A DNA stretch of 64,000 bases from Nitrospirota bacterium (GTDB lineage: Bacteria > Nitrospirota > UBA9217). How positions within the stretch are numbered: the first letter of the stretch is position 1; each line of letters starts with the position of its first letter. Under the pieces are notes generated by a model. It had not been told where the DNA came from. It was given only the letters and a program-made list of their open reading frames with translations, and did no database searches. Below are positions 11,191 through 20,258 of the stretch, in pieces. The stretch covers positions 1,888,001-1,952,000 of the forward strand of contig CAVTRN010000002.1 in assembly GCA_963737155.1 (NCBI GenBank), in the 5' to 3' direction. The translations under genes were made by a program, and so were the position numbers.

Positions 11191-11589
11191 GTGCGCTATC
11201 GTTATATCGCTTATAAATATTCTCGGCGGAAACAACCTGAGGCAGTTACCCAGAATATCTGGGAATCGTTCAGCACCTGGCCTCTCCACTCTACGATAGT
11301 ATGGAGACCACCGACAGACATTTATGAAACACCAGATGAAATTATTGTAGTAGTTGAACTAGCGGGTGTGGCAGAGGACGAAATGTCAGTAACACTGTTC
11401 AGCGATCTGCTTGTGGTGGAAGGCACAAGGGAACAACCGGTATTGGCCGAAATGAATGCATGTCATCAGTTAGGCATTAAATATGGTGATTTCAGGGCTG
11501 AGATTGCATTGCATGCTTCTGTTAATCACGAGCAGGTCACAGCGGCGTATAAGAACGGCTTATTGATCATAACCCTCCGTAAACTCTGA
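11191..11589 (+). CDS. Hsp20/alpha-crystallin small heat shock protein
   Basis: WRPPTDIYET, VELAGV, LVVEGTR, YGDF, AAYKNGLLIITLRK; RBS GGAGG before GTG. Confidence 0.88.
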   Translation: MRYRYIAYKYSRRKQPEAVTQNIWESFSTWPLHSTIVWRPPTDIYETPDEIIVVVELAGVAEDEMSVTLFSDLLVVEGTREQPVLAEMNACHQLGIKYGDFRAEIALHASVNHEQVTAAYKNGLLIITLRKL

Positions 11590-11662
11590 GAGTCAAGGAA
11601 TTGCTTTGAAATTACGTGATAATTTATTGAATTTATTAAAAAAACGAGGCAGGAGCAAATCC

Positions 11663-14029
11663 ATGGATACCCCGCAAGAAAACAACCAGGAAAAGATACC
11701 ATCAGTGCCCGCGGAACTCCCTCTGTTGCCGCTTAAAGATACTGTCGTATATCCTCTTACGGTTTATCCACTCGTAATAGGCAAGGATAAGTCGATCAAA
11801 CTCGTCAACGACGTAACTATGGGAGATAAATTTCTCGCGTTAACAGCACAGAGGAAAATAGATATCGAGGTTGCCAGTATGGAGGACATTTACCCAATTG
11901 GGACTATGGCGAGAATCCTTCAGATGATCAAGGTTCCTGACGGAACGCTCAGGGTCCTTGTTCAAGGAATCGAGCGGATAAAAATAGCCAGCTTCATTCA
12001 GACCGAGCCCTACATCAAGGCGCGTGTTTCGGCACAGACAGACAAATCGGAGAAGTCAGTCGAGCTTGATGCGCTTATGCGTGGAATATCCGAGATGTTC
12101 CAGAAAATGGTATCGCTGACGCCGAACATGCCCGAAGAACTCTCCTCGGCGGCGGTCAACATTGACGATCCGCGGCAGCTTGCTTATCTCATTGCCACAA
12201 ATATCCGGATTGATCTTCCGCAGCGACAGGAGATACTTGAATCCGACCTGGTTTTCGACAAACTCAATAAACTAATGCAATACTTGAATCGCGAGGTCGA
12301 GGTCCTCGAACTGGGCAGAAAAATCCAAGGGCAGGCCCGGGACCAGATGCAGAAAGCGGAGCGGGAATATCTGCTACGACAGCAGCTATCCGCTATTCGC
12401 AAGGAACTTGGCGAGGAGGCTGATGAAGGTTCAGAGATTAAAATCCTGCGGGAAAAGATCGATCAGGAAAAGCTGCCTCCTGAAGCGGATAAAGAGGCCA
12501 GACGTGAACTGGGTCGTATGGAAAAACTTTCTGCCTCGTCTCCCGAGTATTCGGTGATCCGCACCTATCTCGAATGGATGACAAATCTCCCATGGAACAA
12601 AACTTCGGCCACCGCCATCGATATCGCAAAGGCCAAGATCACCCTTGACGAAGACCACTATGATCTCGAAAAAGTGAAAGACCGCATTTTGGAATACCTA
12701 TCCGTTAAGAAGCTGGGTGAAGATCGTGGCTATCAGGAGGGTGTAAAAACCCGGGAGCCAATCCTCTGTTTCGTTGGCCCCCCCGGCGTGGGGAAAACGT
12801 CGCTGGGCCAGTCCATCGCACGTGCGCTTGGCAGGAAATTCATGCGACAATCTTTCGGCGGTCTGCATGATGAAGCCGAGATCAGAGGTCACCGCCGTAC
12901 CTATATCGGCGCTATGCCCGGCCGCATCATTCAAGCCATCAAGCGCGTCGAAACCAGGGATCCGGTGCTTATGCTTGATGAGGTCGATAAGGTCGGATCG
13001 GATTGGCGCGGTGATCCGTCGTCGGCACTACTCGAGGTGCTCGACCCCGAGCAGAACAAGGATTTTCGCGACAATTATCTTGATGTACCCTTCGATCTTT
13101 CGAAGGTCATGTTCATCACGACTGCCAACCAGCTCGAAACAATCCCGCCGCCACTGCTCGATCGTATGGAAGTGATCACTCTGCCAGGATACACGGAGCA
13201 TGAAAAACTGAACATAGCCCTAAAATATCTGATCCCGAAGGAGATCAAGGCTAATGCGCTCAAACTCGAGGAAGTCGTTTTTGAGGATGATGCACTCAGG
13301 GGGATCATAAAGGACTATACGCGCGAGGCTGGCGTCAGGAACCTAGAACGCGAAATAGCGAATGTCTGCCGAAAGGTGGCCAAAGCCGTGGCCGAAGGAA
13401 AAGCGACGCCGATAACAATCAAGATGGAGGAACTTCACGACTACCTCGGAAGGCCAAGGTTTTTTGCGGAAACGGCGATCATGATCGACCGGCCGGGTGT
13501 GGTTACCGGACTGGCCTGGACACCAACCGGTGGGGACATCCTCTTTGTGGAAGCAACACAGATGCCCGGGAACAAGCAGCTCACGCTTACAGGACAGCTC
13601 GGCGATGTTATGAAGGAATCAGCCCAGGCTGCGTTGTCCTACGTCCGTTCGCAAGCCGAGGCATTCGGAATCAAGAAAGACTTCTTTGAAAAGTCCGACA
13701 TTCATATTCATGTACCGGCGGGAGCAATTCCGAAGGACGGACCCTCCGCAGGCGTCACCATGACCACCGCGATCGTATCCATGCTCACAGGCAGGCTGGT
13801 GAAGCATGACTTGGCCATGACGGGAGAAATCACTCTTCGCGGCAAAGTCATGCCGATCGGCGGGTTGAAAGAGAAAGTGCTGGCTGCTAGACGAGCGGGG
13901 ATCAAGACTATCATTATTCCAGAAAAAAACAAGAACGACCTCGAGGACGTGCCCGAGGATGTGAAGAAGGAGATGAATTTTATCTTTGCGGATACCATCG
14001 ATCAGGTCATTAATAACGCGTTGATATAG
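11663..14029 (+). CDS. lon: ATP-dependent Lon protease
   Basis: LON N domain, Walker A GPPGVGKTS, RGHRRTYIGAMPG, PKDGPSAG (catalytic Ser), IGGLKEK. ATG at 11663 follows AGGAG; the track's TTG at 11606 is less likely. Confidence 0.97.
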   Translation: MDTPQENNQEKIPSVPAELPLLPLKDTVVYPLTVYPLVIGKDKSIKLVNDVTMGDKFLALTAQRKIDIEVASMEDIYPIGTMARILQMIKVPDGTLRVLVQGIERIKIASFIQTEPYIKARVSAQTDKSEKSVELDALMRGISEMFQKMVSLTPNMPEELSSAAVNIDDPRQLAYLIATNIRIDLPQRQEILESDLVFDKLNKLMQYLNREVEVLELGRKIQGQARDQMQKAEREYLLRQQLSAIRKELGEEADEGSEIKILREKIDQEKLPPEADKEARRELGRMEKLSASSPEYSVIRTYLEWMTNLPWNKTSATAIDIAKAKITLDEDHYDLEKVKDRILEYLSVKKLGEDRGYQEGVKTREPILCFVGPPGVGKTSLGQSIARALGRKFMRQSFGGLHDEAEIRGHRRTYIGAMPGRIIQAIKRVETRDPVLMLDEVDKVGSDWRGDPSSALLEVLDPEQNKDFRDNYLDVPFDLSKVMFITTANQLETIPPPLLDRMEVITLPGYTEHEKLNIALKYLIPKEIKANALKLEEVVFEDDALRGIIKDYTREAGVRNLEREIANVCRKVAKAVAEGKATPITIKMEELHDYLGRPRFFAETAIMIDRPGVVTGLAWTPTGGDILFVEATQMPGNKQLTLTGQLGDVMKESAQAALSYVRSQAEAFGIKKDFFEKSDIHIHVPAGAIPKDGPSAGVTMTTAIVSMLTGRLVKHDLAMTGEITLRGKVMPIGGLKEKVLAARRAGIKTIIIPEKNKNDLEDVPEDVKKEMNFIFADTIDQVINNALI

Positions 14030-14079
14030 TACGTCGTTCACTGCTTTAAATAGGTATAATTCAGGGTTCAGCACTCAAA

Positions 14080-14973
14080 ATGAATACCATTCATAAGGCT
14101 TCTCATTCAAACCATGCGGAAAGGCTTCCGTCTTGGTTTAAAATACGACTTACCACAAGCGAGCGTCTCGGGGAAGTGCGAAGCCTGATTAGAAAGAACA
14201 AATTACACACGGTCTGTACAAGCGCGTCCTGCCCGAACCAGACCGAATGCTGGAATGCCGGCACGGCAACCTTTCTGATCCTCGGGAACAGCTGCACGCG
14301 CTCCTGCGGGTTCTGCAACGTGCCAAAAGGGACACCGCAAAGCATTGAAGCGGATGAACCAGACCGCGTCGCAAGCGCTGTTGAAGCACTTAAACTTACC
14401 TACGCAGTGATTACCTCGGTTACAAGGGATGATCTGCCCGACGGCGGATCTACACTATTCGCGGAGACCATAAGAGCAATTCGCAAGCGAATTCCCCGGT
14501 GCCATGTGGAAGTATTGATCCCCGATTTGCAGGGTTCTGAATCCGCTCTCCATACGGTGCTCGAAGCACAGCCTGATGTTTTGAATCACAATATAGAAAC
14601 CGTGCCGTCTCTTTATAAATGCGTCCGGCCACAGGCGGATTATGGCAGGTCAATTGAACTACTTTCGCGAGCGCATGCGTTCGGCGCTGTAACAAAAACG
14701 GGGATGATGCTCGGTTTGGGGGAGTGTAGGGAAGAAATTTTCTCGGTTTTGCAGGACTTGCGGCAAGTCGGCTGTTCCCTCCTGACAATCGGCCAGTATC
14801 TTCAGCCCGGCAAGAACTCTCTTCCGGTCAAACGGTATTACCATCCTGATGAATTTCTTGAACTTCGTGACCAGGCCATCTTGATGGGGTTCAGCCATGT
14901 GGTGGCAGGCCCACTGGTAAGAAGTTCCTATCACGCTGGGAAACACATAACTGAATCAAAACCGGTACTGTGA
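14080..14973 (+). CDS. lipA: Lipoyl synthase
   Basis: CTSASCPNQTEC auxiliary-cluster motif, radical SAM CTRSCGFC, C-terminal VRSSYHA. Confidence 0.96.
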   Translation: MNTIHKASHSNHAERLPSWFKIRLTTSERLGEVRSLIRKNKLHTVCTSASCPNQTECWNAGTATFLILGNSCTRSCGFCNVPKGTPQSIEADEPDRVASAVEALKLTYAVITSVTRDDLPDGGSTLFAETIRAIRKRIPRCHVEVLIPDLQGSESALHTVLEAQPDVLNHNIETVPSLYKCVRPQADYGRSIELLSRAHAFGAVTKTGMMLGLGECREEIFSVLQDLRQVGCSLLTIGQYLQPGKNSLPVKRYYHPDEFLELRDQAILMGFSHVVAGPLVRSSYHAGKHITESKPVL

Positions 14974-15018
14974 TTCATATTTCCTGAAAAAACTAATGGA
15001 CACAAGGAACACCAATAG

Positions 15019-15261
15019 ATGAATATTACGGTCATTGTACCAACTTATAAACGTCCGCAGGCTCTAAGGCTTTCTTTCCTAAATTTTGTTAATCAAGGCT
15101 TGCTGCCGAATGAAGTCATGATTGCCGATAACGGCAGCAGCAGAGAGACCCGTGAAACAGTGCTTGAAATGAAAATGGCTCTTCTGGATTTAGCTGCAGC
15201 AAGGTCAAAACCCTTTCTGTTGTCATGGTCTTGGGAAAGAGGGCAGATGGTATGGTGCTGA
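15019..15261 (+). pseudogene. Truncated GT2 glycosyltransferase (N-terminus only)
   Basis: ITVIVPTYKRPQAL...EVMIADNGS is a GT-A N-terminus; similarity is lost after about 50 aa. Confidence 0.6.
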
Positions 15262-15262
15262 G

Positions 15263-16393
15263 GTGGTGTTTATGAAAATTCTCTATGTGTTGAACGGATC
15301 CAACTTCTCGAGCGCCGGAGGGATGGAATATCATCTAATTGATATCACAAACTGGCTGGAATCTAAAGGGGTTAAAACAGCCATTGCGGTCAGAAAAGGA
15401 ACGTATATTCAAAAGAACCTGCTTAAAGACAAATCCCACATCTACCCCTTGGCGTGGACAGGGATAGCAAAAGTATATGCATTTGTTCAGGCGGCAATAG
15501 CGATTGTTGACTTCGCACCGGATATTATTTCTATAAATCGCGAGCGTGACATCAAGCGTATTTATTATATTGTCAAATTCACGAGCATTTTCTTGAAGAA
15601 AAACCCGAAACTCATTGCAATATTTCAAAATATAGGATGGAGGGATAAATTTGATCTGTCGAAGCTTGACGGCTTAATATTCTTAAACAATTACACAAAA
15701 CAGAATTATTTAGCTTGGAATAAAGACGCGGAGAATAAATCAAAAATCATCTATTACGGGGTTCCCATGCCACTGATAGATCAGGTGGAGAAATTCAATC
15801 CCAGTAGGGAACGAAGATTTTTTAAGGGACTCGGGTTCCCGCTTATTGGCATGGTCGGAGAATTTCGGAAGAACCAGATCGAATTGATTGATGTTGCGTT
15901 TGAACTGAAGAAAAAAGTCCGTGATTTTACCATGGTATTTGTAGGGAAAGGTTCTGAGGAACAAATTCGGCCGTTGCGGGAAAAAATAGACCGGTTGGGG
16001 TTAGCGTCAAACTTTCTTTTTGCGGGCAATATTGATCGTTCCCGCATGCTGGATGCTTTTTATGATTTCGATTTGTCAGTTACTACCAACCGTGAGGAGG
16101 CCTTTGGATTGGCCTTTATCGAATCACTAGCGTCTTATACGCCACTTGTCGCTTATGCTTCTGGAGGGCCAGTGGAAATACTCGAGAAAGGTGGTGGCAT
16201 ACTCGTGTCGGGAGGACCAGCAGAAATGGCTGAAAAACTGTATCAGCTCATATCGGATCCGATGTTAATAAAATCCTTGGGCGTGGCTGGAAGGAATGCT
16301 GCGGAACAATATTTCAGCATAGATGTCATGGGTGAAAATCATTACCGTTTTTATAATAATATACTCTCGGATAATTATCATGATATCGCATGA
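15263..16393 (+). CDS. Glycosyltransferase family 4
   Basis: N-terminal GGME motif; EAFGLAFIESLA (EX7E); GGPVEI. Confidence 0.88.
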   Translation: MVFMKILYVLNGSNFSSAGGMEYHLIDITNWLESKGVKTAIAVRKGTYIQKNLLKDKSHIYPLAWTGIAKVYAFVQAAIAIVDFAPDIISINRERDIKRIYYIVKFTSIFLKKNPKLIAIFQNIGWRDKFDLSKLDGLIFLNNYTKQNYLAWNKDAENKSKIIYYGVPMPLIDQVEKFNPSRERRFFKGLGFPLIGMVGEFRKNQIELIDVAFELKKKVRDFTMVFVGKGSEEQIRPLREKIDRLGLASNFLFAGNIDRSRMLDAFYDFDLSVTTNREEAFGLAFIESLASYTPLVAYASGGPVEILEKGGGILVSGGPAEMAEKLYQLISDPMLIKSLGVAGRNAAEQYFSIDVMGENHYRFYNNILSDNYHDIA

Positions 16394-16742
16394 AGCAGCG
16401 GCATTTGTCATTGCAAGAAGAGCGCAAAGATATTCCGAGTCGCTTGTGCTGGCCAGAACCGCCTCCCCCTCAACCTGCAATTATTCGAGCGGAGCGCCTC
16501 AGTCTCGAACCATATATAACGATTTTGAATTATGGGACAGGTTAAAGGAAAGGGGTTTGTGGCAGTCAGCACAGGCATCATGAACCTTGATCATTCGCTC
16601 TTTGGCAAACCCTTACCTTTGTTATAGCACGTCGGTGATCGCCTGGCATCGGGGGGACAGGCTGCAGCAAGCTTCCTGTCCTGGGGCAACTTCCCATATT
16701 CATTGACACCGATGATGCACACCCTGTAGAAGCCTTTGATGG

Positions 16743-17909
16743 TTATGTCCTCTGATTGTCAGCCTGGTCAATACTCCCCGGCTCGCCTCCTCCTGTCATT
16801 AATGAGCAACAGGGCCCCATCTTCGCTTCAAGCGCTTGTATTACTTCATCAACGGTGATCATTGCAAAGCACGGGACGATGTCTTTTCCGTTCTTTGAAC
16901 ATTGCCGTATCGTGTCAAATGAACACACCGGACAATTGGTTCGTTTGATGAGCGTCGACACGCTCGGCGACAGGGGATACCAATACTCTGTCATTTTATT
17001 TCCCAATATCAGCGAGTTCGTTCGGACTGCTCCCGCAATGTGCCCCAATCCGCTGTCATTGCCGAGAAATAGCTTGCACCGCTTAATGATCGCAGCGGTC
17101 TGAAGAATGCTGGTCTTTCCCGTCACATCAAGGATGCGAGAGTGCTGCCCGAAATGGGCGTTCCAGAGCACTTCGCTATCCCGTGCTGAGCCGAGGATGA
17201 CTGTCGTGAAACCCTTTTCCGCAAAGTGCGTCGCAACGCTCCAAAACCGATCCAATGGCCACGTTTTTTTCGGATCAGACGCAAATGGGGCCAGGGCAAT
17301 CACTTTTTCGTCGGGTGCAATGCCCATTTCGGATAAAATGCAATCAGCCTCCTTCGATTCGTTCTGTGATAAAAATAGTTCAATAAAGGGATCATATATC
17401 TTCATGCCATCCATGGCAAGAAGGTCGAGAAATCTCTCGGCAATATTCCTTTCGAGACAAGAGTCGCCTATTTTTGTGAGCAAGAAACCACGTCGGCGAT
17501 TCGTGAATCCGTGGTGCGAAATATATCCGATCCTCTCCCGAGCGCCGATCAGATAGGCAAAGAGAGCAAATCGTATTTTTGACCCGAGGAGATATACTGT
17601 GTGATAATGTTGCTTCCGAAACCGTGCAATAAATTTTATTTTATCCTGAAGCCGGAACGACCCGTTCATCCTAAAATAGTTAAGATACTGCATATCGATC
17701 ACATGGATGGTTCTGACATACGGGTTGTAGCGATACAAATCACGTCCTTCGTCGTTGAACACCGCAAGATCAATCGTGGATCCTGGTTTGTTCATCGCCA
17801 GATTCCGTACGAAAGAACTGCATGATAATTGATCTCCAATGCCCTTCTGAAAGGGGATAACCAGGTATGATAAAACGGTATCGCCCGGCTTCATATTTCC
17901 TTCCTTCAT
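16743..17909 (-). CDS. Glycosyltransferase family 9 (heptosyltransferase-like)
   Basis: GIGDQL, KTWPLDRF, FLGNDSGLGHIAGA, C-terminal CPVC/PCF. Confidence 0.88.
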   Translation of the reverse strand: MKEGNMKPGDTVLSYLVIPFQKGIGDQLSCSSFVRNLAMNKPGSTIDLAVFNDEGRDLYRYNPYVRTIHVIDMQYLNYFRMNGSFRLQDKIKFIARFRKQHYHTVYLLGSKIRFALFAYLIGARERIGYISHHGFTNRRRGFLLTKIGDSCLERNIAERFLDLLAMDGMKIYDPFIELFLSQNESKEADCILSEMGIAPDEKVIALAPFASDPKKTWPLDRFWSVATHFAEKGFTTVILGSARDSEVLWNAHFGQHSRILDVTGKTSILQTAAIIKRCKLFLGNDSGLGHIAGAVRTNSLILGNKMTEYWYPLSPSVSTLIKRTNCPVCSFDTIRQCSKNGKDIVPCFAMITVDEVIQALEAKMGPCCSLMTGGGEPGSIDQADNQRT

Positions 17910-17939
17910 TTTTCATAGAAAAGGGGAATTAATATTTCT

Positions 17940-18132
17940 CTCCCTTTTTCGGGTTTTTTTATCAGAAAAAAGCGTGGAAAACTCTGCGTTAAGTGCTTAG
18001 TCCAATGCCCTGTCCGATTTTTGTGAACCCATATTCGCTCGAAAGCTGGGAAATGGTCTTTTCCTGCTTGGCCGCTTCAGGTGCAAATCTGGCCATAAAG
18101 GCCGCATCGTGATTCTTGTGCTCGTTGCTCAT
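17940..18132 (-). pseudogene. Degenerate IS3-family OrfA (HTH) remnant
   Basis: MSNEHKNHDAAFMARFAPEAAKQEKTISQLSSEYG, a frameshift, then VHKNRTGHWTKHL; resembles the IS3 OrfA pattern ..HSAAFKAKVALEA..EKT..L..YGVHPNQI..WKK. Confidence 0.6.
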
Positions 18133-18236
18133 CCTGTATCTTATATCTGTTTTTGCGTGTTATTTTACCACTAAGTTCGATAAAAAACAGCCGAAAATTG
18201 AACACGTCAACGGTTCCACAGCAACATCCTGGAAGC

Positions 18237-18793
18237 AAGTAAATAACCCCGCAGCAAGCTGCGAGGCATTTTGACTAGAATCTAAAACCTATTTGCTCAT
18301 CATGCTGATACCGAATATAGTTTCTAATCACTTCCGCCGTTACTTTGTCGCCAACCGAACGGACAAAGTAACCATCGTTCCACAGTTCCCCTCCCCAGAG
18401 CTTTTTCTTTATCTCCGGGAACTCTTGGAACATTATTCTGGCAGAGATACTTTTAATCATTTGTACTACCTTCGCAGGCGCATACTTCGGAGGAACAACC
18501 AAAAACAAGTGTACATGGTCATCCATGACTTCCATCGTATCTATTTCCAAATCGTACTGTTCAGCTATCTCACGAAAGATTTCTTTCAATCGTTTCGTCA
18601 TGCGATCGTCGAACAGTTTTTTACGATATTTCGGTATCCATACGAAATGGTACTTGAGATCACAGACACAATGTCTGCTTCTTCTCAATGGGCTCATGGC
18701 CCGTATTGTATCAGAAAATCATCCTAACTTCGTCAGGATATCCTTTTCATCCCAGCAGCAAGCTGCTGGGTATTCAAGGATGTTTTTTATAAA
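18237..18793 (-). mobile_element. IS200/IS605-family element, tnpA only (about 555 bp)
   Basis: Subterminal hairpins CCCCGCAGC-AA-GCTGCGAGG (18247-18266) and CCCAGCAGC-AA-GCTGCTGGG (18751-18770) flank tnpA; boundaries set by similarity to the copy at 31990-32140. Confidence 0.85.
18275..18697 (-). CDS. tnpA: IS200 HUH (Y1) transposase
   Basis: YHFVWIPKYR, DHVHL (HUH), LWNDGYFVRSVG, IRNYIRYQ (catalytic Tyr). Confidence 0.95.
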   Translation of the reverse strand: MSPLRRSRHCVCDLKYHFVWIPKYRKKLFDDRMTKRLKEIFREIAEQYDLEIDTMEVMDDHVHLFLVVPPKYAPAKVVQMIKSISARIMFQEFPEIKKKLWGGELWNDGYFVRSVGDKVTAEVIRNYIRYQHDEQIGFRF

Positions 18794-18829
18794 CATAAGA
18801 TAGATATCATTTTATTAGTACTATGAGAA

Positions 18830-19110
18830 AAGAGATCGTTCACGATGAGGTTGTGCCATATGACCGGGTGGATGAAGAAATAAGGCTCTTTCTCTAGGAA
18901 TGGCAAAAGAGTATGGGAAATATGAATAGGATTATCCGTGCGGCGATTACAAGCGTGGTGCGTCACGATTCATCCGTTCGAGGATGGTGACAGGCGCAGA
19001 GCCAGAGTGCTCACCGATATGCCCCTTGCCAAGGATGACAAATAATCGCAACGCTATTATAGCCTATCTCGTAAATTAATATTGATAGACAATCGTATTA
19101 TAAGGAGGCA
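18830..19110 (+). pseudogene. Fic-domain protein remnant
   Basis: EIVHDEVVPYDRVDEEIRLFL*EW ... VTIHPFEDGDRRRARVLTDMPLAKDDK*SQRYYSLS: degenerate HPFxDGNGR motif with stops and frameshifts. Confidence 0.7.
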
Positions 19111-19236
19111 TCCGGATTTTACTATGGCGCTTTCACAGTGCATCTACTAAGCGCTTGGCTTTATTAAATCTACTTTTACAAATTCTTCAAATTGTGCTAT
19201 AAACTCGTATAATTATCGAGAACAGGGAGGCTGAGC

Positions 19237-19812
19237 ATGAAAGTTATTGCATTCAACGGTAGCGCGCGAAAAGAAGGGAATACCTCAATTCTTCTGAATC
19301 TCATCTTCGATGAACTTAAAGCCGAGGGAATCGAGACAGAGCTTTATTCTCTTGCAGGAAAACCGGTCCAGGGCTGCATCGCCTGTTTTAAATGTTTTGA
19401 AAAGAAGAATATGCGCTGTAATGTGGACAAAGACGTCATCAATGAGTGCATTCAGAAAATGATTGAGGCGGACGGTATCCTGTTGGGCTCACCAACATAT
19501 TTTGCTGATGTGACAGCGAGCATGAAGGCACTAATTGAACGATGCGGCATGGTCGGGCGCGCGAACAACGGATTGTACAGGCGCAAAGTGGGTGCGGCCG
19601 TAGTTGCGGTTAGGCGCGCCGGTGGGATTCATGTTTTTAACTCACTCAACTATTTTTTCTCCATCAATGAGATGATCATTCCTGGTTCAAGCTACTGGAA
19701 TATTGGCATCGGGCGCCAACCGGGCGAGGTGAACAATGACGCAGAAGGCGTTCAGACCATGAAGAATCTGGGCAAAAACATGGCCTGGTTGATGAAGAAA
19801 ATCAAGGAGTAG
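19237..19812 (+). CDS. Iron-sulfur flavoprotein (flavodoxin-like, NADPH-dependent FMN reductase family)
   Basis: NGSARKEGNT FMN loop, compact CIACFKC..C cluster motif, GSPTYF, RRAGG. Confidence 0.88.
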   Translation: MKVIAFNGSARKEGNTSILLNLIFDELKAEGIETELYSLAGKPVQGCIACFKCFEKKNMRCNVDKDVINECIQKMIEADGILLGSPTYFADVTASMKALIERCGMVGRANNGLYRRKVGAAVVAVRRAGGIHVFNSLNYFFSINEMIIPGSSYWNIGIGRQPGEVNNDAEGVQTMKNLGKNMAWLMKKIKE

Positions 19813-19912
19813 ATTCCTTGTCGCACTTCCCTGATTGATATAAGCGTACAATAAATTGTGACGATATCGTAAAATTATCCCCCTAAAACAACAAATTATC
19901 CCATCAAATTTC

Positions 19913-19940
19913 TTGACAGAGAGGGGCACTCTCATATAAT
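19913..19940 (+). promoter_or_regulatory. Consensus sigma-70 promoter upstream of the SPFH gene
   Basis: TTGACA-16 bp-TATAAT, both hexamers perfect. Confidence 0.65.
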
Positions 19941-20258
19941 CAACTCATCCGTCTATAGAAAGAATTACCCACCAATTATGCACACAAACCTTCAACTAGT
20001 TATTCAACAGATCCCGAAACCGTAAGAGGCGACAGATCTTAGAAATTATGAAATCGCATCAGTAAATTGAAATACATCACAATGGGTAAAGAGAAGATAT
20101 ATTGGCACAAAATTCTGCTCACGTAGGTGAAGGTCACATCTTGGCGCTTTAGACCGATCGCTTACAGCCCCATCTGAGCTTGAAGCTAGGCTCTCTATCT
20201 CACTGGAGCAAGTATTCTAATCCCGAATAGCATTGAGAAATAAAAAGGAGAAATACCA

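Noticed and set aside
20103-20118. Sigma-54 promoter TGGCAC-AAAATTCTGC before the SPFH gene
   Set aside because: GG-to-GC spacing is one base too long for the strict -24/-12 geometry.
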